Shown here: positions 1 through 11,020 of the stretch, one piece after another
How positions within the stretch are numbered: position 1 is the first letter of the stretch
Layout of the letters: every line of letters begins with the position of its first letter
Assembly (NCBI GenBank): GCA_028534125.1
Contig: CM052816.1
Location: forward strand, 44,022,001-44,086,000
DNA length: 64,000 bases
DNA from: Lama glama
Lineage: Eukaryota
Direction: 5' to 3'
The notes under the pieces: model-generated
Seen by the model: only the letters and a program-made list of their open reading frames with translations
Told to the model about the DNA's origin: nothing
Databases searched by the model: none
Translations under genes and position numbers: made by a program

Positions 1-859
1 TTCCCATTTATAAAAAATAATAAATATTAGAAGTTAATATTGGAAACCATTTAAAATAAATACATTTCCAGAATTTTTGAATCAGCCTTCATATATTAGT
101 AAAGAAACATTATTTTATGAAATCAAGAAGGGTAATATTTTGAGAATCATGTTTAATTTGAAACAATGGATCATTTTAGAGAGAGAAATATGAAGTAAGG
201 CTAACAATATTTAAGTAATTGGAACTCAGAAGAAAATTCCTGACTGGGCATTTTTAAAACTAGGAGAGACTTAAAAAAAAAAAAAAAGTTGAGCTATCAC
301 CAAATGAAAGAGAGGACATGGAATACTATTCTAATAACTGTATTGCCTTTTAATGATGCATTCTACAATATAGCAATAGAAGAAATTCAAGGGCTAGACT
401 ATTAACTTGTTGAATCACATGTTTTGTAGAGTGTAATATACAATTACTTATATAATAATATGAATCAAAATGACTAGGGAAATCTTAAATAAGGAGGCAC
501 GTATGTGCAAATTAAATCACTTAGCATTATTCTGCCTGCTAAACATTAGTTGAATTGGATTGTTAATGTTTCATCATTAGGAAATATTTTAGGTCATTTG
601 AGGTCTTATATAACAGATAAACTATCAGTTAGATTTACTGGATAATATTCCCTTGTTATTGCCTTCCACTTCATATTTTAGGCAAAATAAAACTTACTGA
701 GCTGGAGGGGTGTCATAATAGGAAATACAATAGAGAAAAATCATACTGTTAACATCATTTGGATCATAGACTAAATGAGTACAGGGTACTTTCCAGCCTC
801 TTGTTATTTGTGTGTCCTGCATTTTATACATAAAATTTATTACAACTTAACATATTCAA

Positions 860-975
860 TCTCCTCCACTAGATCGTGTACCCCAGGGGAATAAGAACTT
901 GATCTGTTTTGTTCACGTCTGGATCCTCAGAACCTGGTATGTAGTTGAATTTGAATAAATATTTGTGGAATGAAA
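860..975 (+). mobile_element. LINE-2 3' end fragment
   Basis: ctcctccactagatc...tctgttttgttcac...cctggtatgtag...aataaatatttgtggaatgaa follows the L2 3' terminal consensus (ccactagaatgtaagctcc...tgttcactgctgtatcc...cctggcacatagtagg...aataaatatttgttgaatgaa). Confidence 0.8.
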
Positions 976-3139
976 TATTTGACATCAAAATTCATATAGG
1001 CACACTTGTGGAAACATGCTCTTCTATGAGTAGAAAAGATAGTGATATGAATTACTCCCAGTGTTTTCTAGTAGGATTTCTCTCTTATGCTTCCTCTTGT
1101 TGGTTTATATTTATTATTACATGTGAATGATTTCATACAAATCATTTTTTTACAAAGAAGACATAGGTACTATTCATAGGAAACTCATAGACTAGCTATG
1201 CAAAAACTAAAGTAGGAGATAGAAAAGACTCTCCAAACTAACAAGAAGTATTTTATTTTTGATAGAATTTTAGTTGGCCAATATTGGTATATGCACGAAA
1301 TTATAGCCTTATCTCTAGGATGTATGGCTCCTGGGTGTGTTAGTTCGGTAAAGACCAACTGGACAACTTTTCTTTTTAAAATAGAACCAAGGATTACATT
1401 CAATGTAGGTATTCCATGTGAGAATAAAATACTTGTTTAGATTTGAAGAAGAAGGAGAAATGCCTAAAGAAATACAAAGATTTGGGATGCTAGGTGATAA
1501 AAATCTTACTTTGATTTAAATACTTATAACATGCAAAAGATCACTTTCATATTTTAGCTCACTAACTGTATCAATGATATTTAACACTCATGTATAAATA
1601 ACCACAGACCACAGACTAATAAATGTCTTTCTAGTAGATGAATCTCTAGTATTTTATAGTATGAATCTGTTTTCTTTGCAAGCATTTAGAATGCCATCAG
1701 ATAATCCTTTTTGAACTTTTGACAGTAAGGAATGAAACTCTGTAAATTCACCATATGGCTGTGACTAAGATCATATATTCTCATCTCAACTTCACTTAAT
1801 AATTAAGAGAAAACAAACTTCTGTGACCTCGAAAAAGGTGGGCTCCTCAGGAACTCCTCTAGAATTGGTTTCATAAAATATATACCCTGCCTAACAGTAA
1901 AGGTGTAGTGTTGATTTTACTGTGTGGTAGTTTTCATTTTCTTGAAATGGTTTTGAAATTTGAAAACTTTGAATGTGCCCACAGAATGCTAACATAGTCT
2001 CCTAAAATATAAAGTTTCAATTAATGTTCTGTGAAAGAAGACATTAGACTAATTTTTTTCACTAAATTTAACGAATTCTTTATATCAAATTAATCAGATA
2101 TTTTGATGTCATCCAAAATGATATCCTGGAGTTAATGATAATACTGGAGGCAGACTCAGAATTCTGTACTTTATATTGAAGTTGAGCATAAGCAAAATAG
2201 AATTGGTAATTATTAGTTGTTGTTTCTTTCAGTTGGCTGAGCATCTGGACCAAAAGTGGTATTTTTACCATAGTTATTTTGACAGAGAACTCAATTCTTT
2301 TATTCATTTCGAGCATAATTCTCATGTAAGTGAATTTGTAAAACTTCTATAGCCATAATTCGATTGTAACTTAGCCTATACAACTGGGGAGAGATGCCAT
2401 TTTAGAATAGACATCACCATGATGCATCCATTTGACCCATAATTTTAAAATCCTATGCGTGGTTAATATGCTTGTTCTAGATTTTTGTTTGATTGTATTG
2501 TGTAAGTGTCTTAAAGGTTGTGGAACTCTAACACCTACCCCTTCTGTCAACACACACATTCTGGCTTAAAATATCTGTATGATTTCTTTAATTTACCAAT
2601 CATTATTGTTATTATTTATTTAGATACTGTTTATCCCAAATTTAGAACTTACAATTCATACATAGCTACTTGGGTTGAAACTGGGCATCAGTTTCAACCT
2701 TCAGAACTGCTACCAGAAATACATAGACCTGTGAAAACATTGGAAACAACAAAGCAATGGGAGTGTTCTGTGCTGATTTTCAGTATTTGACACACATTTA
2801 GCTGACAGTTACTTTAATTTGAAAAAAAAAAAAAAACCTAGAGTAGAAAAGTTATTCACCGGGAGGTAAGCGAAGACTACCAGGAATCAGCTAATAACTT
2901 GTTCTTACATTAGAGTGAACGTGGGTCAGAAAGGTAAGCATCTAGCTATTATACGGCCAACTTTATATCATTCAAGTCAAGCTTGAAAAAGCAGGTTTCA
3001 GATGTTGACTTTTGCTTTCCTCAGATATATGTGATCTTTGGAGGAGAAAAGGACAGCTTTAGGCCCTTGGTGCTGGCATTTTCATGTCTTTCTCAATACC
3101 GCAACCATGCTGTGTCCTTTGGAGATGTTCTTTTACTGG

Positions 3140-3345
3140 ACTGTTCCCCAATGAAACTGGGTCTTGAAGTGTCAATGGTATCAAGAGAGATCATAGGGTA
3201 CCCCTCTAAATCTGCCTCTGGTTGATGTCAGTCCTGCTAGCCCTGTGGATTCTGGTCATAGCTGCCAACTTTCTCTTTGAAACTTCTTCCTTTTCATTAT
3301 GTTTAGGTGCCTCTCAAGTCACCGAGCTTTGGTCCAGACTCAAAA
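3140..3345 (+). mobile_element. Very old L2-clade RT remnant (tentative)
   Basis: Translations SPMKLGLEVSM and LMSVLLALWILVIAANFLFETSSF loosely parallel L2 RT HSTETALVKVTND...[27 protein letters not shown]. Confidence 0.3.
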
Positions 3346-4996
3346 TCAAATTTCTTTTTTCTCGTCTCTCCCTGACTGATCTCAGAGATATTACAAAGCG
3401 CATTAAATCTCCAAAGAGAGACAGCACTTAAAAGTGCTATTTCACTTTTGTGTTAACTCACAAAAGTCAGTATCTCTGACTGATCACATATGAAAGAACC
3501 CTTAAAAAGAACAGTATCACATTAAAAAAAAATTAAAGCATTTTAAACTGCTCTTTGGGATCTATCTTCTTATAGACACTTCCACCTGATATAATGGTGG
3601 GGGTAGGTGGATGGAAACTTGCTCTAAAAAATAATGATTAGCAAATGTAGGAAATTCTTTAAGTTTGGCTGGATACTTTTTGCTTTGTCAGTACTACTGT
3701 CTGTGTGTATTTCACCTCTCATTTGACCAATTCCAATTATTCTATAAGAAGTTCTGTCTTCGAAAATTTGGTTTCTTTTATTTTTCCCTTGGATAAAAGT
3801 AGCCATAATAATACTGAAGATAGGCATAGATTTCTGTGTTTTCATAAATATAAAAATTGAGTATTATTTTAGAAAAGATATATCATCTTTAAAAAAAGTT
3901 AATAAAACTAAAAATTAAATGATGGTGAGATTTTATTAAAGGAAAGCTAATCATGTTTGATAGTACATGGAAATTGTCTCATAGCTATGATTATGACTTA
4001 CTTTTTCTCAAAGAAGAGAATGTTAACTTAAACTTATTTACTAAGAAGTTTAGACATCTTTCCAAGTAGATAGAAAAAAAAATCAGAAAAATTAATCTGG
4101 TCCAACCTTCTCCAAATAGTATTTGTTTGTAATACTTATAAGAATGGAATCCATATATCTTTAACTAACTCTTACAGCACAGCATGGAATACCAAGCAAA
4201 AGTGTACGATTGATAACCTTTTTATTATATCAGAGGAAAACTGAATAATTCTGTCTCATATACCATTAAGAATCATCATTGGCTGAGAAGTCACATATAG
4301 ATTTGATTTTCATAAAATATGTCTTATGACAAATCTTTCAAACTAGGCATGGGAACTTGAAGAACATTTTATATGATTTTTAACTTTCTGAAAAGTATCG
4401 TGTGTGTGTGCACACGTACACGCCTGTGTGTGTAGTTTTCATATTCTGGTCTTTGTGGAGGTGAACATACTAAGAAGAGGGAAGGTGGGGACTAAATTTT
4501 GGAGTAATTGGTACACTTTATGTGAAAAATCACTGCTGAAGGATTGTTGCGTCTCAACTAAGATCGTAGTAAGAGTCATCTTCCACATGGGACAGGCAAA
4601 CTGCAACCACAGAATGTACTTTCTTCAGTAGTTTCATGACTGGTGTCGACTTGATGTTTCTTTTTTTCCCCTTGAGAGTTAAGCAACTGCTGGAACCCAT
4701 TATACTTTAAACCTTAAGGCAAAATGCATGTAAATATTTTTATCCTACAGAGTAACTTTTAAATATTCATGCTCTTGGATGGAACAGATATTATATGTGA
4801 GTCTAAGAATGTTCTCAGAGCTTGCTAAGGTTTTATGCACTTAGATAGTGTGAGGTTTTTAGCTCATGATTCAGTCTGCTCCAAGTCAGAGAAGGTGACA
4901 TTTTGATTTAATTTTCACATATTGAAATGTTGTTCCAAATTCCACTTTCTAGCTTGTTCATTTAGATTGATTTTTCTTGGTGAACAAGTGTACCTC

Positions 4997-5147
4997 CTGG
5001 GAACTGTATTCAATATCTTGTAGCAACCCATAATGAAAAAGAATATGAAAATGAATATATGTATGTATATGTATGACAAACATTATGCTATATACCAGAA
5101 ATTGACACAGCATTGTAACTGACTATACTTCAATTAAAAAAAAAAAA
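4997..5147 (+). mobile_element. 5'-truncated young L1 3' UTR (camelid/cetartiodactyl type) with poly(A) and TSD
   Basis: gaactgtattcaatatcttgtagcaacccataatgaaaaagaatatgaaaatgaatatatg...ccagaaattgacacagcattgtaactgactatacttcaatt + A12; flanked by aagtgtacctc (4986-4996) and aagtgcacctc (5146-5156). Confidence 0.88.
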
Positions 5148-5719
5148 GTGCACCTCATTGATAGGTTCTCCAAATCTCTAGATAAGGTAAATTTAAGATC
5201 AAACTCAAACCTATATTTTTCCTTTTTTTTTTTCCTTAAATCTATTTGATAGAGAGCATAATGGAGCACAAATATTAGAACATCATGTTATAGATCAGTT
5301 ATGATCTCAGTGCCCACTAAATAAATAGTTAACATCATTGGACAAATAATTTTTATGGCTTATAAATGCAAAAGATGTTCACATTGTATGCTTTTTAAAA
5401 TTTATAGAGCTTGCCTATATGATGACCATAATGTCAGAAAGAGAAATAAATAGCTCTAAAGTTATATAATTCAAAATGGGCAGACTGCTAAATTTTCAAT
5501 TTGAAAAATTCATAAAATAAAATTTATTCCTACAGGATTGTACTCTTGTTTATTCTAAAAGGAAACGTATCTTACGTATTATCTAAGATAAGACTTCTTG
5601 AATTAAATGTTACATAAAATACATATTTTAATTTTTGAAAAAGTAATAGTTACTTTTTTTCAGATACATTGAGTGAGCTAATGTAAGCTTATGTTTCTAG
5701 CGAAATAGCTGTTTTCATC

Positions 5720-5955
5720 AAAATAACATGGTAATGGTGAACATATTTTGAGCAATTGCTACATGTCAAACACTGTTTATGCACTGACAAGTATAAACTT
5801 ATTTAATACTCAATAATTCTGTGTGTTAAATATCATTATGAGATCATTTTGAGCATAAAGAGACTTGGATATAGATTTGTAAAAAAATTTCCCAAAGTAC
5901 ACAGCTCATACAGATTGGATTCAGAACCTGTGCTCTTAACCGATGGTCTGTATTA
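5720..5955 (-). mobile_element. MIR SINE
   Basis: Reverse-complement MIR: ttgagcaattgctacatgtcaaacactgt...ttatttaatactcaataa...cccaaagtacacagct...ggattcagaacc...tgctcttaacc. Confidence 0.8.
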
Positions 5956-7569
5956 CCCATAAAGCAGTTGCAGAATTTCTCCTCTCTGTCCTGGGTGTCT
6001 GTTTCCTTTAGTTTATGTTGCTTCTCCAGAGAAAAAATACTGAAATGAACTTGAAAAATTTAGTTTGTTATCTGAGATTTCTGTTATTTTGCCTAAGCAA
6101 GATATCAGCAAATGAAAAACTTATTTCATAATTTTTCTTGTTGTTTCTTATTTCATTTCATCTGGATTTTTGGTCCTATGTTGGCATAATTTAAAAACCT
6201 TAAATGGAGGCAAGTATCCCCGAGAAAGAGAAGAAAGATTGGTTGTGTCCACTTTATAACTACGTGTATTTGCTCTCTAGAAAGTTTTCTATTTTAAGCT
6301 TTTCTTAAGCTATCCTTGAAAAACATATTAGAAGATAGTTCAGTTGAGAAGCTATGACAAAATATATGAAATATCGGGGTGAGCAACTTAAATGATTACT
6401 TACACTCAGTATTTATTGTCACATAAACATAGTGTAACATGCCCTATAAGATAAAGAGGAAAAAAACATTGTTTGATTATTTCCATTTAGAAATCTACAA
6501 AAGAAGAAGTTAGGCCTGACTAGGGATATGATGAACATCAGCTCTAGAGGAGAAGGTGCTAAAATGAACAAAAGTTTTTATCAGGTAGTGCATGAAGTTT
6601 TATGCAATGAACTAATTAACTTTAAAAAATAAAGTAAAAAAAAAAACAATTTACACAGATGCCCCGTCAAACACTACAGGGAAGCACAGATGGGACACTA
6701 TCAAGTAGCATAATGCTTTAGTACTCATTTATAAAATCTGCATAATTCTTCTGAACATCTGAAGCCACGTAAAGAAACACATGCTAAATTAAAAAAAATA
6801 ATATATATATATATATTGCTCTAAATTCAAACACTCTTTTACGTATGCTGCAATATATTTGAGTGGGTGAAGTGCTATTTGTGTGTGGTATTTGCCTAAC
6901 ATTTAGTAAAGTTTAGCAATGGAAACAAATGTACACATAGAGGGAATTCCCTTGAATAAGCAATATATCCGCCCAATATTTTGATGTGCACTGTATTGTC
7001 ACTATGTTGCCCTTCCTAATTGGATCAGTATAGGATATCTTGAGAAGTTGAACCATTAACTTGTTTAAAGAGAGGTGTAAAATTCAGGAAAGTTTATCCA
7101 CACTGTAGGAAAGATTTATTTTCTCCTTTTAAATTATTTTGTTTTTCAGGCTTCAAAAGCCTCATTTTATTTAATTCATACTGATGTTACTTGCGTTATA
7201 ATACTTTTTGGCCTGATGTTGGAAGCAAAAGTACCTAAATTTAATCATCACTGCTAACTGTACTCATGCATTTTCCTCTAATGATATTAGTGGGCAAATT
7301 TATATTGTTTTGCTTCATGCTTATCTTTTAAAGATGTATTTTTGAAGATGACGCTAGTGCCCTGAGCAGTGTAGAACAAACATTCACTAAATGCCTGACT
7401 CCTCTTCCTCTGACTTATACCTTCCCATCTTTCCTGCCAAGATTCTTAAGGGTCCTTTATGATTTTATTCCTTTTGCTTTTTGTCTTCTTAATGGTGTAA
7501 GCTGGCACAAAAAGAGCAAGAAGTGAAATTAGGTGTTAGGGTTGGGGACAAGAAATGAAAAACCTCCAT

Positions 7570-8290
7570 GAGTATTGCTTTATTTTTCGCCCTATCTCTC
7601 TGCTACCCCTGTTTAAAATGTACAATATGCAATCTCTCTGCCTTTGACCTTATTGGTTTCCTTTTCAAAGGGGTGCTAATAATTAATACAGAGCCACTGA
7701 GTGATGCGAATATCTTCTTCGTTGCATTGTTGAACATGCTAAATAATTTAAAACACACAGAAGACTCTCTAATGCTTGGTGGGGGGAGGTAAAACCATCC
7801 CCATTTGGAGGGGCAGGGGGTTGGGGGGCCTTTGCTTTTTTGTTTCTATTGAATGCTTTTCGGCTGTACAGCTGGAAAGGGCATTCCTATAGGACTTTAA
7901 AGGCAAAGTAGAAAAATGACATAAAAGCCTTGCTTGGATTTGATTGATGCACTCTCATATTTGAAGTTCACTCAGAGCTTTGTGCTAGAAGGCCTGGGTC
8001 ACTCCATCCAGCACTCTAATGAGACTGTGTGTGAACACTTCCAGCCTTTGTAGGCCTTGCTTTAATCAGAGATTGGAAAACACTCCTGACTGATAGGCTC
8101 CAGAATCAGATCTAAACAGAAAATAACATGCTCGATTTGGCCTCTGAAGGTGGGTTGAGCAAATCTTTGTGATGTATTGGAGCGTTTGCTGAGTGCAAGT
8201 GCACGTGGGGTGGTTCCTATTTCTGTCGGCAAATACAAATTTTTCACTCAGCAGGCGTAATCAGAGCTAACTCGAGAGGAGAAATAACAA
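7570..8290. promoter_or_regulatory. Candidate conserved non-coding element/enhancer
   Basis: No recognisable repeat, about 10 CpGs, homeodomain TAATTA, SOX CATTGT, CACGTG E-box, G-run cluster; function inferred only. Confidence 0.4.
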
Positions 8291-10529
8291 AAACTCAACA
8301 GCCCTTAGCAACTCAGCATGGCATAGAGGGATTTAAGACTTTAGCATTTTATCTCCATCAGTATGAAAATGTATGAGGAAATCTGAACTTTGAAAGTGCA
8401 AATAAACACGTTTAACACATTGCAAGCCACTGATTTTACCTCGACTTTGGACACTTTCAGCTCTTTTTTTTTTTTAAATCAATTCTTTATCAATTTCACT
8501 TTTGATTTTAAAATTCGCTTAAAATGTGTTTCCTAGTTTGCACCATTTAACTAACTGAGCTCGTTTGGATGAACAAAGGGTAATGTAAGTAGCACCTCCC
8601 AATAGGTTACCAATACATAATGAGATTCTGAAGTTTAAAATTTTGTGCCTAGTGACAAAAGACAGTGTCATTCACTGATGGGAAAAAAATTCCCCTCACC
8701 CTTCATGAGAATGACGAAAAATCCCCCACAACCATTCATAGACACCTGAGCCAGAGATACTTTTGAAATTCACTTACAGAACTTTCTTATAAATAATGCA
8801 ATCTTGAAAATAACTGGTAAAGGTTAAGTAGCCTAGAGTGTTGTTTCCACCAGCTGCACAAGCATGCATACTCGCTGCTTTGTTTACACAATTTTGATGT
8901 AAGTTCTCATTATTCTGTGACTTCCTTGTCTTTATTAATGTCATTTCCCAGAAGCAATGGAATAGCAAAATCTGTGATTAATATCGAACCCCATGTCCCT
9001 TTATCATCATGTCCACATCTGCGATCCTTCTTAGAGCACTGTATACCAATGTTGTTTAGCATATGTGGTGCTAAAGATCAGTTGGTAAAGTAATCATGTT
9101 TTTTACCATCCAAATCTGTATAGTTTTTGAATGAAAGAGTGCTATTATTAATAAGGCAGTAGAACAGACTCATTGTGGGATATACGGGGAAAACCAGGAC
9201 ATACGAACCTACTCAGAGGTAACTCTCTTTAAGTAATATGGAAGTCTTAATAAACCTTGGAATGATGTTTTTTTCCATAACGTTTAGATTTTACTTAGCA
9301 TTTTTTGCATGGTTAGTAGTCTTCAGTCAACTTTGTTTCCAATAGCACTCTAAACATATTTAGCTCTATGTTTTTATAGGGTTTTTTTTAGCAATTAAAA
9401 TTTTAGATGTATTTGGGTTTGAACATCCCAAGGAAATGTTAAGAACTGGCAAATACATGCCACACTTTTTTCTTTTAATATTTGGCTTGACTCTTGGGAG
9501 GACTAGGGGATATAAGTGGTTAAAGGGATAGTAATTTTGCTCTGACTTCAAGGCACTAAAAATAATTTCTTCATCAGAAAAGTGGGCATTTGACGTCTAA
9601 ACCAAGAGCCGGAAATTAACAGAATTTCACACTCCACATCCTGACTTATTCTCAACCCCTCTCATGTATTTTTGTCTTCACCACTGGGGATGTTTATTAT
9701 GAAAAAAAAAATCAGAGAATTCTGCCCCCATGCTTTTCAAGGAACTAGGGATGTACTCCTGTCAAAACTGTGAATTCTGGGTAAATCTCTACTTTCACTG
9801 TTGCTGAGATATGCTCATCTTTTCCTTTGGTCTGTTTTTCAGAATGCAGGTGAATTATTTGGTCAAACTAAATTCCTTTCTCTCACTCGCTTCCTCTCTG
9901 CAACAATATTAAAAAATAATAAACCTGGAATGAGAGACTCTTACAAGCCATCTAATCCCTTTGACTTTTATGTTAAATAACTTGCATAAATGCATATATT
10001 TCATAAAATAATAGTTTATTGAATGAGTAAATTAACAGAAGTAAAAGAAGAGTGCAAATTTCTACATACACTCATGAGTAATTATAAAAACACAAGTTTG
10101 TAAATATTTTAATATTTGTTTCTGAAGTGCTTTTTTTGGTTCAATATTGCCATTTATTTTAAAATTGTAAAAAAAAGATTGTTGGTTACCAAGTATTTTC
10201 TCTCATCAGTTGGCAAGTATTTATGATTCTAAGTATGCCACAGTTGTTCTTATTTTTGGACAGTTTTGCTTTAGTAATTTTATGTAAAATGTATGTAATT
10301 TTCTTTTAACTTGGAAATTACTAGTTAGACTAAAATGGTTAGGAAAAGAATCATATACTCAGTAAAATGAGAAAAACGGATTGCATGTCAAAATATGATC
10401 ATGGTGTTTAAGGTTACAGAGAATGCACTTCCTATGATACCATTTCAGCATATTTGGGGTTATAGTCAGTTGGCACAAATACATTAAATGTAGCAGTGAA
10501 ATCATTTGGTATAATTAATACATTGTTTT

Positions 10530-11020
10530 TACCCTTGACTACATGTTTCCCTTTTCTACCACATCCAGTCTTGTCAGGTCTCCACTACTCCCAGATAAAG
10601 CTGAACTAACGTGGCTAACAGATTCCCTTACATCACGGCCCCTGCTAACCCACCACTCACACTGTTCCCTCCCTTGCACTCGCTTGCTCATCTTCCCCAA
10701 ACATTCTTACTTTTCAACCCCTCCCCTTTTCTTCTCCAATGTAATTCTTTTCATCCATTCAGTCCTATTTTGCTACTGCCCCTGAGAATCTTCCGTGATT
10801 TTTGAAATCTAGGTAATCTTATGTACGCCAGTAATAACCTCCTCTTGCTTTATCACACTTGTCTATTTATCTGAAGCCCTGCTACGTTGTAAACTTCGTA
10901 ATATTACTCACCTTTCTTGTCTTGTTCACAGTAAGTCACAGTCAGATGTAGTGCCTGGTATATAGTAGGTGTTCAATCTATTTTTTGATTGATCAGTGGA
11001 TTGATTGGTTGATTGAATTA
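10530..11020 (+). mobile_element. LINE-2 3' region
   Basis: Pyrimidine-rich L2 body ending gtagtgcctggtatatagtaggtgttcaat...gattgattggttgattgaat. Confidence 0.75.

Noticed and set aside
1225..1440. Open plus-strand frame EIEKTLQTNKK...CENKILV
   Set aside because: No convincing splice-site pair and no recognisable protein similarity.
6941..6952. Perfect NF-kB-type palindrome AGGGAATTCCCT
   Set aside because: A single isolated 12-mer can occur by chance in 64 kb and has no supporting context.
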